A stretch of 64,000 nt of DNA from Podarcis vaucheri (lineage: Eukaryota). The DNA lies in NCBI GenBank assembly GCA_965113315.1, contig OZ220367.1; one strand, written 5' to 3'. The position numbers and the translations under genes are program-made. The notes under the pieces were generated by a model. It was given only the letters and a program-made list of their open reading frames with translations, made no database searches and was not told the origin of the DNA. Shown here piece after piece: positions 46,036 through 59,400 of the stretch; position 1 is the stretch's first letter; every line of letters starts with the position of its first letter.

Positions 46036-49000
46036 CTGCAAAACAAAAATGGAAAAATAGGCCCCACTTGAAGGCTTATCCTTATCTTTATATATTTCTT
46101 TCCAAAACCCCAATAGTTTTAAATATGCCATAGGCCATGGGCAAATTATTATTGCAATAATAAGCACTGCATGCATTCTTACTATACATGTCTTACCTTA
46201 GCTTTCTGTAGAACTGTTCCTTTCCCTGTGACCATGACAGATAAAGGCCGGTTTTTTAGTGCCATTGCTGAATTGACAGGCGAGTTTTCTGTGCCATTCA
46301 GAGGGTTGGCAACCTTCATCTGTGTTTAGGGGGGAAAGATAATAGCTGTGGTCATACACAATTGTCTAAAATAGTTCATCAGGCACAGGTCAGAGAGCTC
46401 TTCTTGCCAAACATTAAAGATCTCATATTCCATAAGCACAAAGCATCGGCAATAAAAGTGCTGTTTATTAATGGCTTATTAGATCTACCTCTGGGTGCTG
46501 TTTATTGACTTTATGCTTTTGGTTTTAATTATGTTGCTTTATCTGTTGTTATCAAGAATGGCCAATGAGGTGCTACATTTATAAGCCACCCTCCCAACTC
46601 CAGCACTGCTGCATACCAGAGGGGCAGAGCAGTGGCAAGGTCAGAACTCCATGGGGTGCTCTGGCAAAGGCAATCTGGCGCACCCACCAAGGGCAACCCA
46701 CACAGCCCTGACTGTGCTGACAATTGGCTCCACCCAAAGACTGTTGCAGGAAGTGGCAGTGACGAGAGGGGCTCGTCAGCCACTACTGATGGCAATGCAT
46801 AAAACTCATAGCTATTGGCAGTCTGTAAGTCTAGGTGTATTTCTCAAACTGAACAACGTTCCTCATCTGTGCTGTAATTGGATCTATGGCTCCATGACAA
46901 TATGGCTCCTTGGGGTATCATGACTGAGGTATCAGTCAACCCCACATGCTATTTAGGCCTAGCTGTTGGGAGACACAGGCATCCATATTGCTATTACCAG
47001 CCTCCAAGGATGCTCACGTAAAATTCTGGCTAGGAAAATAGTGTGGGAGAAAAGCATTAAGCCCCTCCTTCCTCAGTGCTGCTATTTTGAGCCCCCTTCC
47101 CACCCACCAAATTGCCTTTTGAGCTTTAGAAAACACATCAAAAATGCAATCATGGATCTTCTGCATCAGGCATACTTTGAACCAGCTGCTGGCTTCACCT
47201 ACTTCCCTTTGCTGAAAAAGACCCTGCTAACGGTGCTGATTATAAGCAGCCCCCTACGTACTTTAGGGCTTGCGTTCTCCAGGTGTGTGGTGTCCACCGC
47301 AGTGCCAAGTGTTACAGGCCCAGACTCTGCTTTCCGGAGATTCTCCTTCACCTCCATGAGGCTCAGCTCCAAGTCCACGCGCTGATCTTCTTTCCTTTTG
47401 CACTCCTCCTCTATTTCCTTCAGTTTTTGCTCCAGTGTGGGCAAAAGGCTCTTGTCTGCCAAGGAAAGAAGCAAATGCAAGTGGAAATCTAACAGCAGAC
47501 GGGCAGTGTGCATCCTTCCCCATTGCCTGTCTGTCTTCTCAGACGATGGTGGCAGGCAAGAGGGTGGCTGCTGAACTAGCCCCCCCCCCCCCAAAGTGGA
47601 GGCTTTTCAGAGAAGACTACATGTCAATGGAGCACATGAGACCAAAACAATATGCCCCGTTCCACTGATCTATGAAAATGAAGTAGAAATGAGAGGCATT
47701 TGTTTACCTGTGCAGCTTATCAGCATCTCTTTCAGCTCCCTTCTGTCTTTCCGTAGTTGTGCCAGCTGAGAGCGGATTTCTTCTTTTTCCCTCTCCAAGC
47801 GATCTCTTTCTTCGGAGTATCGCTTCACTTCAGCCTCAGTCCTGTTCTTGCCGAGTTTGGTTTCTACAGCTGCTACAAATAAAAGATGAAGAAATTAGGC
47901 TCAGGGACAGAGACTGGAATTCCAAGAACCTTCCCTTAAAACCAGCAGCTAAATACACTGGCGCCATGTTTTCAACATGGGTTGGAAAGCTAATGATAGC
48001 AGGCATGGCCTCTACCATAAGTCTCCGTCATGAAGCTCTTGGGTAAAGAGAGATTACTGCAGACAGCAAACACACCTGAATTCACCACCTTGGAGCGTTC
48101 CATTTTCTCTTTGGATGCAATCATAATTGTTGTGGTGTCCTTAATCTCAGGGCCACTCTGAGGAAAAGCAATTTGCTGCTGTTGTGCCTGAATTTTGATG
48201 GTTGTTGTTCGTGGTGGGAGCGGCTCATCAATGTCTTGAGTCCTCTGTTAGGGAAGTCGGATGAGAGAGAATGTTTCAGAGGTTAAGCGACACAGAAGGC
48301 TAGCAGAAGCTGGCTGTCCATTTAAGATCCCCGCAAGCTGCTCAATGCTAAGTTTTGTCTCATTATATAATAAATAATAAAAATTATAAAAATTAACTAT
48401 GCGGTCATCTGCATGTGATACTCTACCACTGAGCTATGGCCCCTCCTTGATATCTCGGATTTGTTTTTGAGCATTACCGGGTCTGGTATCTCCAGTGATC
48501 TTCTACTCAAATCTGCTTCTTTATGCAATATGGAGGAGTCTCTCTCAGAGTCTGTTGAGCTCTTACTGGAAGCTCTTTGCAATGATGGAGAAACAGATGG
48601 GGAAAACTGGTCCTGCTTCTTGGTAGCACAATGAAGGAAGGATTTGACTGGCGTGAGGTCTAGATAGACTCTGTCCTGATCCCCCTCATCTTTGCCTTCA
48701 TTTTGGGGCACTTCCTCCTGTCAAAGATAAAAAGCATCTTCTTAGAAGAGCGCCCGAGAAATGCCACTCTGTTTAGAACAAGAGAGGCCAGCATGAAATT
48801 CTTTAAACATTACCTACAGTTAAAGAACAGTACAGACCTGAAACAAGGCAAATTGCAGACACCTTGCAATTGGGATCACTTGTTATTTCCAGCATTATCA
48901 ATATAAACTGCAGCCAATGGAAAACAAAATGGTCCCCCCAATTGCAACAAAACAAAACCCTCACCATTGTTGTTGCCTCTGGAACATCTACATCATCATA

Positions 49001-50205
49001 GAGCTCCTCTAGTCCCTCCTTCCCCTTTGGCAAGTTGTCAATGTAAGTGTTCGGCTCAGAGTACTTCCTCTGCATTAAGCTGGAAAAGATAGAAGCAGAT
49101 GTGCTATCAAAAGAAGTAAAAGCTGCACGAGACGATGATGTGATATTAGCCTATGCTCCCATAAGACTTCCTAAAATGCCAGTTACTTTGGGTAGTAGTC
49201 AACTAACATTTACTCAGAGCAAATCCATTAATTTCAATGGGTCTACTCTGAGTTAAAGTTAGTTGATTGCCATCCACTGGATGTTGCAAGGCACCTATTG
49301 CTCCTGCCTACTATCTTGTCTCCAGCATCCACAGGTCTGCAATGTGAAGAAGCCACTAACCACAGTGTAACCTCCCCTTTTGTTTGAGACTGAATATGTT
49401 AAATGCCTGGAATATACTCATTCTCTAACACAGGACAATGCATAGGTTTCATCAAGCCATAAGCAACATTGTGTGTGTGCTGCATGTCTTAAACATTCAG
49501 CTAGGAGTTCAAAGAAAAGCAGAGATTTGCTAGACTGCACACAATTACCACATCAGAAAATAAGGAGAGCTAATCACCATCAATGCAATATTTCACAACA
49601 ATCTCATGAGTGGATACCTCATTTGAATGCAAACGTGGTGGGTATTTACATATCAGAACCCTTTCCTGCTTCTTTTCGCTAGCAATTGTAAACTCATCAA
49701 AATTGTTCATTACATACTTTTCGGATAAAAGCTACTTGTTTGGTAGGAACTACCATCAGAAGACAGGTCAGAATGTCAAATATGCTACCATAGAAACTTA
49801 CAGTAATGAATTCTTTGCTGCACTGACGATGCAGGAGACTCTGTCAGCGTCAACATAATCATAGGTCAGCTCTTCAGGGTCTGTTTTTGAGCCAGATTCT
49901 GACAAAAGGAGACCAAGCCAGTGGCCCATTTCATCACAAGACTTGGCCTGTTAAACCACCAAAGAAAAAAAAACAATCATTAAGGATACAGGCCAAACTT
50001 ACTACAAGAAGCCTAAGTTGCTTTCATCAGAGTAAGCAGAAATAATGGAAAGAGAAATCAATTTTACGATGTGCCACCCTGGGCTGCTTGAGGAAGAAGA
50101 GCAGGATAGAAATGTGAGTAAATAAATAAAATTCCATGCATTGTAATATCTAAAAACATCTTCAACTGTCTTAAAAAAATTGATTGTGTGTGTGTGTATG
50201 CAAAT

Positions 50206-50236
<31 letters not shown>

Positions 50237-53200
50237 TATAAACACACAAAGCCAGAAGAGGGCACCAGTTTACCTTCCTAAAGTTCCTCTACCAAATTGG
50301 CTCAGAAGCAATTATGATTAAAACTTTCATCGTGAATGGTGAAAGCACCCTGCAATCACCCTGAAAGACCCACGAAAAATTATTTATAACCTCCAGCTGG
50401 CCTTAACTAAAATGCTAACATGCACCTTAGCTTCACAAATGGAGATAATCAGAGTAACTTTTTGAAGCCTTCCTTATTTTGTTCCATCAACCTCAGCAAC
50501 AACATCCAGAGCCTTTGGCAGTTGCTGGCAAGTGAGCCTGTTGTTGGTAGCAAGTATTCCTCCCACTACAAAATGCAGGAAATGTGTCACATTTCCCTTC
50601 TCCCACTCTAAGGGTGCTGATGTCAGAGAATCTAAGATTAGAGGTAAACAGAGAAGGAAAACAACTCTGATCCAAGTCAAGTGAAAGTTACGGATAGGAG
50701 TGGCTTGCTCTTTTTCCCCAAGGCAGCTTGTCAGCTGTGTGTGTTTGTCTTCACCAGTCTTAAACTTATCTTTCGTTTCAGTGGTGACAACCAACTACCC
50801 TTATCAACTGGTACTGAATCCAGCTGGCTGCTTATTTCAGAAAACATTTCAGGTGTACAATATTCCAATCAGAGGGCGGGGTGGGGATTCAGTATTCACT
50901 TACTATTCTGACTAGTAAGTACTGCTTTCCTGCCTTGAGTGTTTCTTTGGATGAATAGACGTCTATTCATTTAATAAAAATAAGCTGCCTGGTTAGCTGT
51001 TTAACATCTTTTTGCATAGCATTTTGTTCAAACTGGCTGCATTCAGGTGTCACACTAAACCATTGTTTATGACAACATATACAAGCAGCCTGCAGTGAGC
51101 CTTGGTTTAGTATGACATGTGAAGTAGGTTATAATGCTGTAAGGAGAAGTGTTGAATGAAGTCTATAAGCAATTTACATGGGGGTTTTTTAAATAAGAGT
51201 GAAGAAAATCAATACATTTACTTATTGGGGGCAGGAAGGTCTCTCATATTCCCACACTCCTCAATGAAATCAGCTTCAGGAATGTGGCAGATTACCCCAA
51301 ACAGGCTATGTACACAAGAGAAGATAAATCTGTACCAATAGCTATGTTCCCTAGACTGAACCATTCAATTGTGTGCACTGTAATAAGTTGCAATGAGTAG
51401 CTGTGTTGCTCATAAACAAATGTCACTCCTACTTCTAGAGAAAGTGGCAACCCGTACCTCTAACATGGCCCGTTCCTCTCCATTATGCAGGATACGGAAT
51501 GAGTAGAGATGATCAGGAGTTGGGTCTGGGATAATTTCACAGCCCGCCAGGTTGAGAGGCTGCTGAGCAGTTTTATTTCTGTTCTTGTCCTGGTAGAAAT
51601 GGAGCTGCCCATCTTTCACATGGCACCACCGAGATCTCCACTGGCTGTTCACGAGGACATTCAGGTACGCTGCAAAGAAGGAGACTCTCCCTTAGTGACA
51701 TCTAGGTCACCCTCTAAGCTGGTCTTTCCTGCCAGTCACAGAGACCCAAATGAAATGTAAATGTTTCACAAGGCTTTGTTTTGGGTTGCTTACTACATGT
51801 GTCCAAAGACCTTTCCGGACTGTCCAGCGTGGCAGATTTCTTCCTCCCAAGGTTCATCAGGTTGCTCAGTTTTAAACCAGACGTGCCCTTCTTCTTAACT
51901 AAAGATAAATAAATAAGAAGGAATAAACAAGCCATATACAAAGCTGTACTTCTGAATATCTAATGCAATGGCCAGGAGACACATTACACACAATTTGCAT
52001 CTGATGTTTGTGTGCGGAATCTCGCTTGGTGCAATTTAAGAAGAGACTCATATAAGCGGCAGCATTAATAATGTACACTTACATGACCCACATCAGTTAT
52101 GAATAAATGTGTTACTTTAATGAGCCAGGCATTAACTCCCTTCTACAACTACTGGTGGAAACAAAAAAGGGGCAGAGTAACCACAATGCTGTTCTCATCT
52201 CAGTCCCTGGAGATTCCTGGCTCTCCATGAATAGAGGTACGAACGCAGCAGGCTATTAAGCTACAACCATATAGTATGTCGTTTATGGATGGGACAAGTG
52301 GGGGCCATTCCTATGTCATGTGTAGGAAGGCTCAAGTCAATTCAATAACAACCAGGCAACCGGCAAGCTCAGTTTGACTTATCAGAGGCAAGTGCACTAT
52401 TCCATCTTCTTTTCACTCGACAACCACATTATCTTTTTGGAACGGCTATTACCGTCTTTGGTTTCTGTCAGTTCTGTGTGACCATCAGTGCTGCTTCCGC
52501 TTTCTGATGCCACTGAGTACCTCTCAGCCGTCTCCACCTGCAGACAAGAAGCAGGGATGAGGTCCACAGCACCAGTGATAGAGCAGCAGCATAGTAATGG
52601 CTGAAATGCTGCTCTCTCTGATGAGAAAACCCCTTTGCATTTGTGAAAATTAGGGGTTGCCTAAATAATGTCAAAAACTAGGGATGCTACAAAAGAAAAC
52701 ATGAATGTAGCACATATCCATAGCTGAGGAAACGAAGACTCATTCACAAACAAGATTATTCCACAGGGGACAACATTTGGCCCATAAAAATGGATGCTAC
52801 AAAGGCTCCTCTAGCTCTAGGGAGAACCCCTTTGTTTTGCTGTGTGTAGTTGCTCTGGTTGGACACAGTCTTCCTTATTCATAATGGCTCCTGGTGTTTT
52901 CTTTAAAGCTATTTGAAGTAAATTCAGGCAACCATATTTGTGCCAACTCAAAAAATAAAATTATACACGAGGGTTTTATTTTCCATCCTCATTGCCATAT
53001 GCTGTGAAGCTTTCTAGCTGTGAATGTTTCTTTGTGGTTTACGTTCGCATATATAGCTCCTGCCTCAGTTGTACATCATCAGCACATGTTCATTTACATT
53101 GTGGCAAGCTGTGAGAAACAGAAGGCTGGACTAGGTGAGCCATTGGCCTGTTCAGCAGGCTCTTCTTAAGTCACAATTTCCCCACCCCTAATTTATCTGG

Positions 53201-56200
53201 ATCAGGCCCAGTGCTTGATGACTTTAATTTTGCGCTCAGTAAAGCATTAGAGCTTGAAACTCTGGAACAGTCAGTATACAACGAAATTCTCGTTTCACCT
53301 GATGCTTTGGGGATATCTAAAATTCTAGCCTTATTTAAATAATACTTTCATTTGGATTTGGCCAGGATTAAATCTATAAGCTTCCTAGAATTAGATTTAT
53401 GCTTGAAACAAACTTGGGGGGGGGAGTAGCTATTAAAAGAATTGCTGATGTTAAAAGAATGCAAAAATGGCTTGACACTGAGCCAGTTATGCTTTAATCA
53501 GAAAACAAGTGGTTTGTTGGGTTTTCTTCAAGTGTAAGTTTCAACCACATTCCTGTTTTGATGGTGGGAGTAACTTCCTGTATATTAATCAGAAGTATTT
53601 TTTTAAACTTAAAATAATTTGATGCAACAGGAAAAAAATTAAGCTGCTCTTTGAACATCACTTTTGTTAAGAGATAAAACATACCTGAGGCTCCAATATT
53701 TTTGGCCACCTCATGGGAAGAGAAGACTCCCTGGAAAAGACCCTGATGTTGGGAAAGATTGAGGGCACAAGGAGAAGGGGACGACAGAGGATGAGATGGT
53801 TGGACAGTGTTCTCGAAGCTACCAGCATGAGTTTGACCAAACTGCGGGAGGCAGTGGAAGACAGGAGTGCCTGGCGTGCTCTGGTCCATGGGGTCACGAA
53901 GAGTCGAACACGACTAAACGACTAAACAACAACAAAACATACCTTGGGATAGCTAAGTCTCTGGGAGTCTGGGACATACTGGTTGCCTTCCCCTTGCCCA
54001 TCTGGATAGAGACCGCTTGTCTCCTGGATCACCTAAGGTGGGAGAGAGAGAAGCTGTGAGCAAGGCCTCATCCTGTGGCCATTTATATCTTTCCATTCTC
54101 CAATATACATTCTGCATTTAACTGACACACAGCTAAGTTCATAGAAAGTCTCTCTCGTTAACATGCAGAGAAGCAGAGGTCCCTCTGGCTGAGGTAGGAG
54201 CCTCAAATGACCATATAAACCAGGGATGGAGAACCTCTGGCCCCTCACAGGGTGTTGCTTTCCCTGCTCCCATCTGGCCCAGCCAACACGGCCAATGGTC
54301 AGGGATGATGGAAGCTGCAGTCCAGCAACATCTGCTGACGCACAGGTTCCCCATCCCTGGTATAAAGAAGGCACAAAAGTAAACGGCATGCATGCCCAGA
54401 TCAAACACTATTCCTAGCAAATTCAGGCTGAATTCTGAAGCAGCAGTGCAGAAAGGCCACATGTGCCATGTAGAGTTGGCAACTTTTTAAAACAATTTCC
54501 CCTCCATGTTCCTTTAATATCAACTTTATCTGCAAAATACTAGCAGATGATAATGCTTGAAACCTCCATGCTAGAAAATTCTGCACTGACCCTAGCTGAT
54601 TTCTGCGGATCAAAGAGCTGTTAGAGTATCAGGCCAGTATTCCATCTGAGTGTAATTCAGGTGTAGTAGAAGAAGAACAAAGGGGAGTGCATCTCAGGGA
54701 CTTTTTCAATGAAGTAAAGATTATATTATCTAGAAATAATGACAGACACTTCTTGTAAGTGAAGGAGCTGGCAAGTGAGTGAGTTGACAAGGAAGCTTTC
54801 GCATTTTACTATTGTAAAATTTGGTAAGCATAGAGGAAGTCCAAGAAAATAATCAAAAGGAGGTTGGGCACTTCTTTTTTCTACAATGGAGTTCCATCTG
54901 AGGAAGGAGATGAACTCTTACTTACTGAAGCAAGACTCCCTTCATTACTGCTGGAAAGGGTTGGGTTAGAAAGTTCCCCTTCCCACTCCTACGTGCAAAA
55001 GGGGAAAGGGATTTTCTCAGTTGTGCTCAAATGGAAAGGATCCTTCTCAGAATAAAGGCCTCCTTGCACTTGTGTAACAGCTGCATTTAGATGTAACCTA
55101 GAGATGGCAGCAGCACCATGACATCCTGAGAAATATCCTTTAGGATAATCCTGTGTGGACAGAAACCTAGGAAGCTGCCTTGTACCAGGTGAGTCAGGCT
55201 CTTTGCCCATTGAGTTCAATGCTCTCTGCTCCGAACAGCAGCAGCTCTGCAGGGTCTCGAAATCTCAAGTAGTTAAATTCTGGGCCAGATCTTGACTTCT
55301 GTGCTAGCATGGTACGACAGTGGGCACATTAAATCCACACAGCCTGGGGACAACGGCAGAAGTTGTCAGGAGAGATTGGTCCACTCACCCTGAGCCACTG
55401 CTCTGCCTGGTCTTTACTCTGCAAGCCCAGCACAATGACATCTGAGTTCATGGGGATGATCTTCAGCTTATGTTCCTGCTTCCTCACGTTCTTTTCCTTG
55501 TGGATGACGCTGCACCCCAACAAATTAACATCCAGCTGGGGATTTTGGTCCTTGGAAGACTTGTAGCACTGGAAATAGGAGGAGTCAGGTGGTTTAATGG
55601 AGAGTAAACAGGAGACGTTGCCTACTGGTAAAATATCTAAGAAAGGATAGAAACTTGGCATTGAAATAATAGATTGGAATAGTTCATAGTAGTAAATAAT
55701 TGTGAGCCCCAAATCCTAAGGTTTCTGAACAGATACATAATTATATATGTTTCAGCCCTTATATGTGGGGCTGCCCTTGAGACTGACCCAGAAACTCCAG
55801 CGGGTGCAGAATACCACGGCGAGACTCCTTACGAGATCCTCGCTGTGGGATCACATTCACCCAGTACTATACCAGCTGCACTGGCTCCCAGTAGAGTACA
55901 GGATCAGGTTTAAGGTGCTGGTTTTAACTTTAAAGCCCTATACAGCCTAGGACCCTCATACCTGCGGGACCGCCTCTCCTGGTATGGCCCATGGAGGACC
56001 TTACAGTCTTCAAACAAAAACATCTTGAAGGTCCCGGGCCACAGGGAGGTTAGGCTGGCCACAACCAGAGCCAGGGCTTTTTCGCCTGTGGCTCCGATCT
56101 GGTGGAATGCTCTGTTAAAAGAGACTAGGGCCCTGCAGGACTTGACATCTCTCCGCAGGGCCTGCAAGACAGAGCTGTTCCACCAGGCCTTTGGCCAAGG

Positions 56201-56372
56201 CACAGCCTGACCCCCTCCTTTGGTAATCCTCACAGAACTCTAGCCCAATGGTTGCCATTAATTTGATTTGAACTGATTTTATAATGAATTGATTTTAGAA
56301 TGCTGTATTATTTTACTGTTGTTAGCCGCTCTGAGCCCAGCTTCAGCTGGGGAGGGCGGGATATAAATAAAA

Positions 56373-56413
<41 letters not shown>

Positions 56414-59400
56414 CCCAACCAGACAACCTCCAGATATTGCTGGAGTCCAGCATGGTCAGCAGTCCTGTGTTAGCTGGAGCCTGGCAAAATCTAGAGGGTG
56501 TCAGGCTGGTGAAGGCTAAGAATATATATGGAAGAATTTAGAATGGATGGGGACTACTGAGAAGAAATCCAAGCCATCAATCCGGCACAGAGAGGAAGAC
56601 TTCTACCCATTTTCATAGTTAATGCCCAGATGTTTCATGTGGGTGAACAAACAGCAGTCAGTAGCAGTGGTACAGAGAAGATTAAAAAAATTGGCGAAGG
56701 AATTACTAAGTAAAATTCCCTGAATCCCACAAAACGGGAATAGTGGGGACATTCCCAAACTTTAAGTCCTGTTATACAGCCATAATACTAACAGCAGAAA
56801 GGGAACAGCACTGGGTTTTCCCTTGCTTGCACTCTGAAACATTCATAGAGTAGGTGCTTTCTGCAGTGCAGATGTTAATAGCAGGCATTGGAGGTGGACA
56901 GCTGAGCTCCTGGAAGTGGCAAACCTATAGTCCCAGCAGATCTTCATACCAGTCATACACCTCTCCCATCCAGACACACCTTCACCCACCCATATCCTAA
57001 GGGAATAGTCCAAGGCTGCATCTACTGTGCCCCCTGTGGCAGCTTCCCATTACTCGTTATGAACCTCTCCAACTGGCAGAGCTCCAGGATGCTCCCTCCT
57101 GTGCCGTTCCCCTTTTCCAAATGCCTGCTCTGCAAGAACCACCAGTCACAGAATCTCTCCCACACTGCTGCCAATAATAGCAACTTGATCACATTAACAC
57201 TTAGCAGCAGCAGCAATGGTGAATATTGATCCTAGTCTTTGACTAACACCATGCATGTAAGAGAAGTCTTAATTCATCAACTGAAAGTAAATAGGGGAGC
57301 AGACAGTATAACCCAGAGTCATGTCTTGCTTGTGGGCTTCCCATAAGGATCTGGGATTTTGGTCTTACCCAGCAGGGTTCTTCTTGGGCTTTGAGGAACA
57401 TCTAGATGGAGCTCTTAGGAACTGCTCTGGCTTTGAGAAAAGGTGTATTAGACACCCTGTTTCCTGCTTGCTTACCAACAATCTGTTGTCCTTAACGACG
57501 CAGAGCTGCTTGGCCCACTGGCCCAGCCATTTTTTTCTCCAAAGGAAAGCACAGATCCGGGCATCTTTCATGAGTTCAATGGAAGCTTCTGGGGAAGGCC
57601 ACTGGTGAGGGGCTGACTTGCCTTTGCTGCTCTCTTCTTCATCATAGGATTCATAGGAGCTGCTAACTGCTTCCCCATCATCTGCATCCATGGGGGCAAA
57701 AAAAAAAAAATCATTATAAGCACTTCCGGGTGACAAAGCCATGTGTTTCTTCCATGTTCCATTAGGCAAGCTGGAGAACAATTACAGCATGCATGAAAGA
57801 GACACAAAAGTAAAAGGCAAGGAGGTCTAAAGGCCTGCAAAGTTTAAACAATCAGACCTGCTCCATTGAAAAGGCCATTTTCCTTCATCTTCTGTCTGTC
57901 TCCCACACACGAAGATCATCATATGCAAGCCAGAATCAGATCTCAAAAAAGCCATCCAGAGCCAACCCCAAACATTTTGCTGTCTGAGGTGAAGGACAAG
58001 ATAGTGCCTTCCTGCCATTGCATGAACAGGAGCCAACTTGACAGACAGTTGAACTTTTCTTCACTATGGCGGATTGGATAGCATCCTCTCTGCCCTGGAG
58101 AACAGCAGGTTAGTCTGAGGGTGCAGGACAGGCCCTGTGGCACACACAGCTCTGTGTTCCAAAGATGGGAACAGCCAAGGGATGGCTCCCCAGCATCTGC
58201 CTACTGTGGCAGTTGTTTCACTTTGTCTAATGGGAGGGCTGGCCCTGCAGTGGTCACATCAAACGATGCAGGAATCATATAAATTTTTGTTTTGAATATG
58301 TGACGCTGCAATGATTGATGAAACCCTAACTTCTCCTGAAAGGTGAAATGCTTGAATGGTATTCCCAGAAAAAGGTTCAATGCTCTGTTAATACATTTCA
58401 GTTCTGCTCAGCTTTCCAGATGCAGCAAATGCATTGGATGGAATGTATATTTGTAAATGTAAATATTTGTACATTCAGCACATTTTGCTGGGAATATTTT
58501 GCCTGGCTAATTAATAAAAGCCAAGCAGCAGTACTACAAGGTAATCTCACAATCATACAAATTGTTTGAGGTTGCAAGGATGTGGCCACCAAAGACTTTC
58601 ATTTTACAACTTTGGTACAGACACACCCAGCTCAGTCTCCTACTACAGACACATTCCTCAAGTGCTATCAAATGTTTTCTGTAGGTTTTATACACCCAGC
58701 TGAAAAAGCATAGGACTGTGGAGGGTGTGCAAGCTGTTATCTGCTAAATGTTAGTTGCTGCTCCCTGAATATCAGGCAGAAAACAGCTTGTAGCAACATT
58801 CTGAAAAACAGGTCCAAAATAAATACATATGCTACTACAGTCAGCATATGGAGAATGACCTATAGGCAGAACCACGGGGAAAGAAACTTAATTTAAATTT
58901 AATTTCAAACAACTGACAAATGGCAAAAATAAGTAAATATTTGTTTAGAACAGTGGAAACCATGATACAAAATAGACAGCAAATTAAAAATGATATAGAA
59001 GTTATAAAGCTGTAAATTATATAAAATTGAGTACACGAATAGTTGAAACAGGTACAATGAAGCTACTCAGCAGAAGTAATATAAAGCTGTTTGCATAAGC
59101 TGCTTAAGGCATCTAAATCTAGCGCCCTCCCTCCAATCCAGCAAATTTAGAGGCAATAAGAATGTTTCACTACATTATAAAGGCATTCCAAAGCAATATA
59201 GGGGAAGTTAAATGAGATATAGGCTATTCCACAGTATTGAGATAACTTGATCACAGAATGGAAATGATTCATAATATAAAGGCACAGAGAACAGAGCAGT
59301 TTCTAAGATCCCTGCAGATCATTGACAAATCCCAGACTTTTCTGCATCTCCCCAAAGCACCATGTCTTCAGCACTCAGGAGAAATGCTATTAGGAGAAGG

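Noticed and set aside
53560-53590. INIQEV peptide as the AFAP1L2 VIQEV exon
   Set aside because: Coincidental; the true exon is 54032-53943 with proper splice sites.
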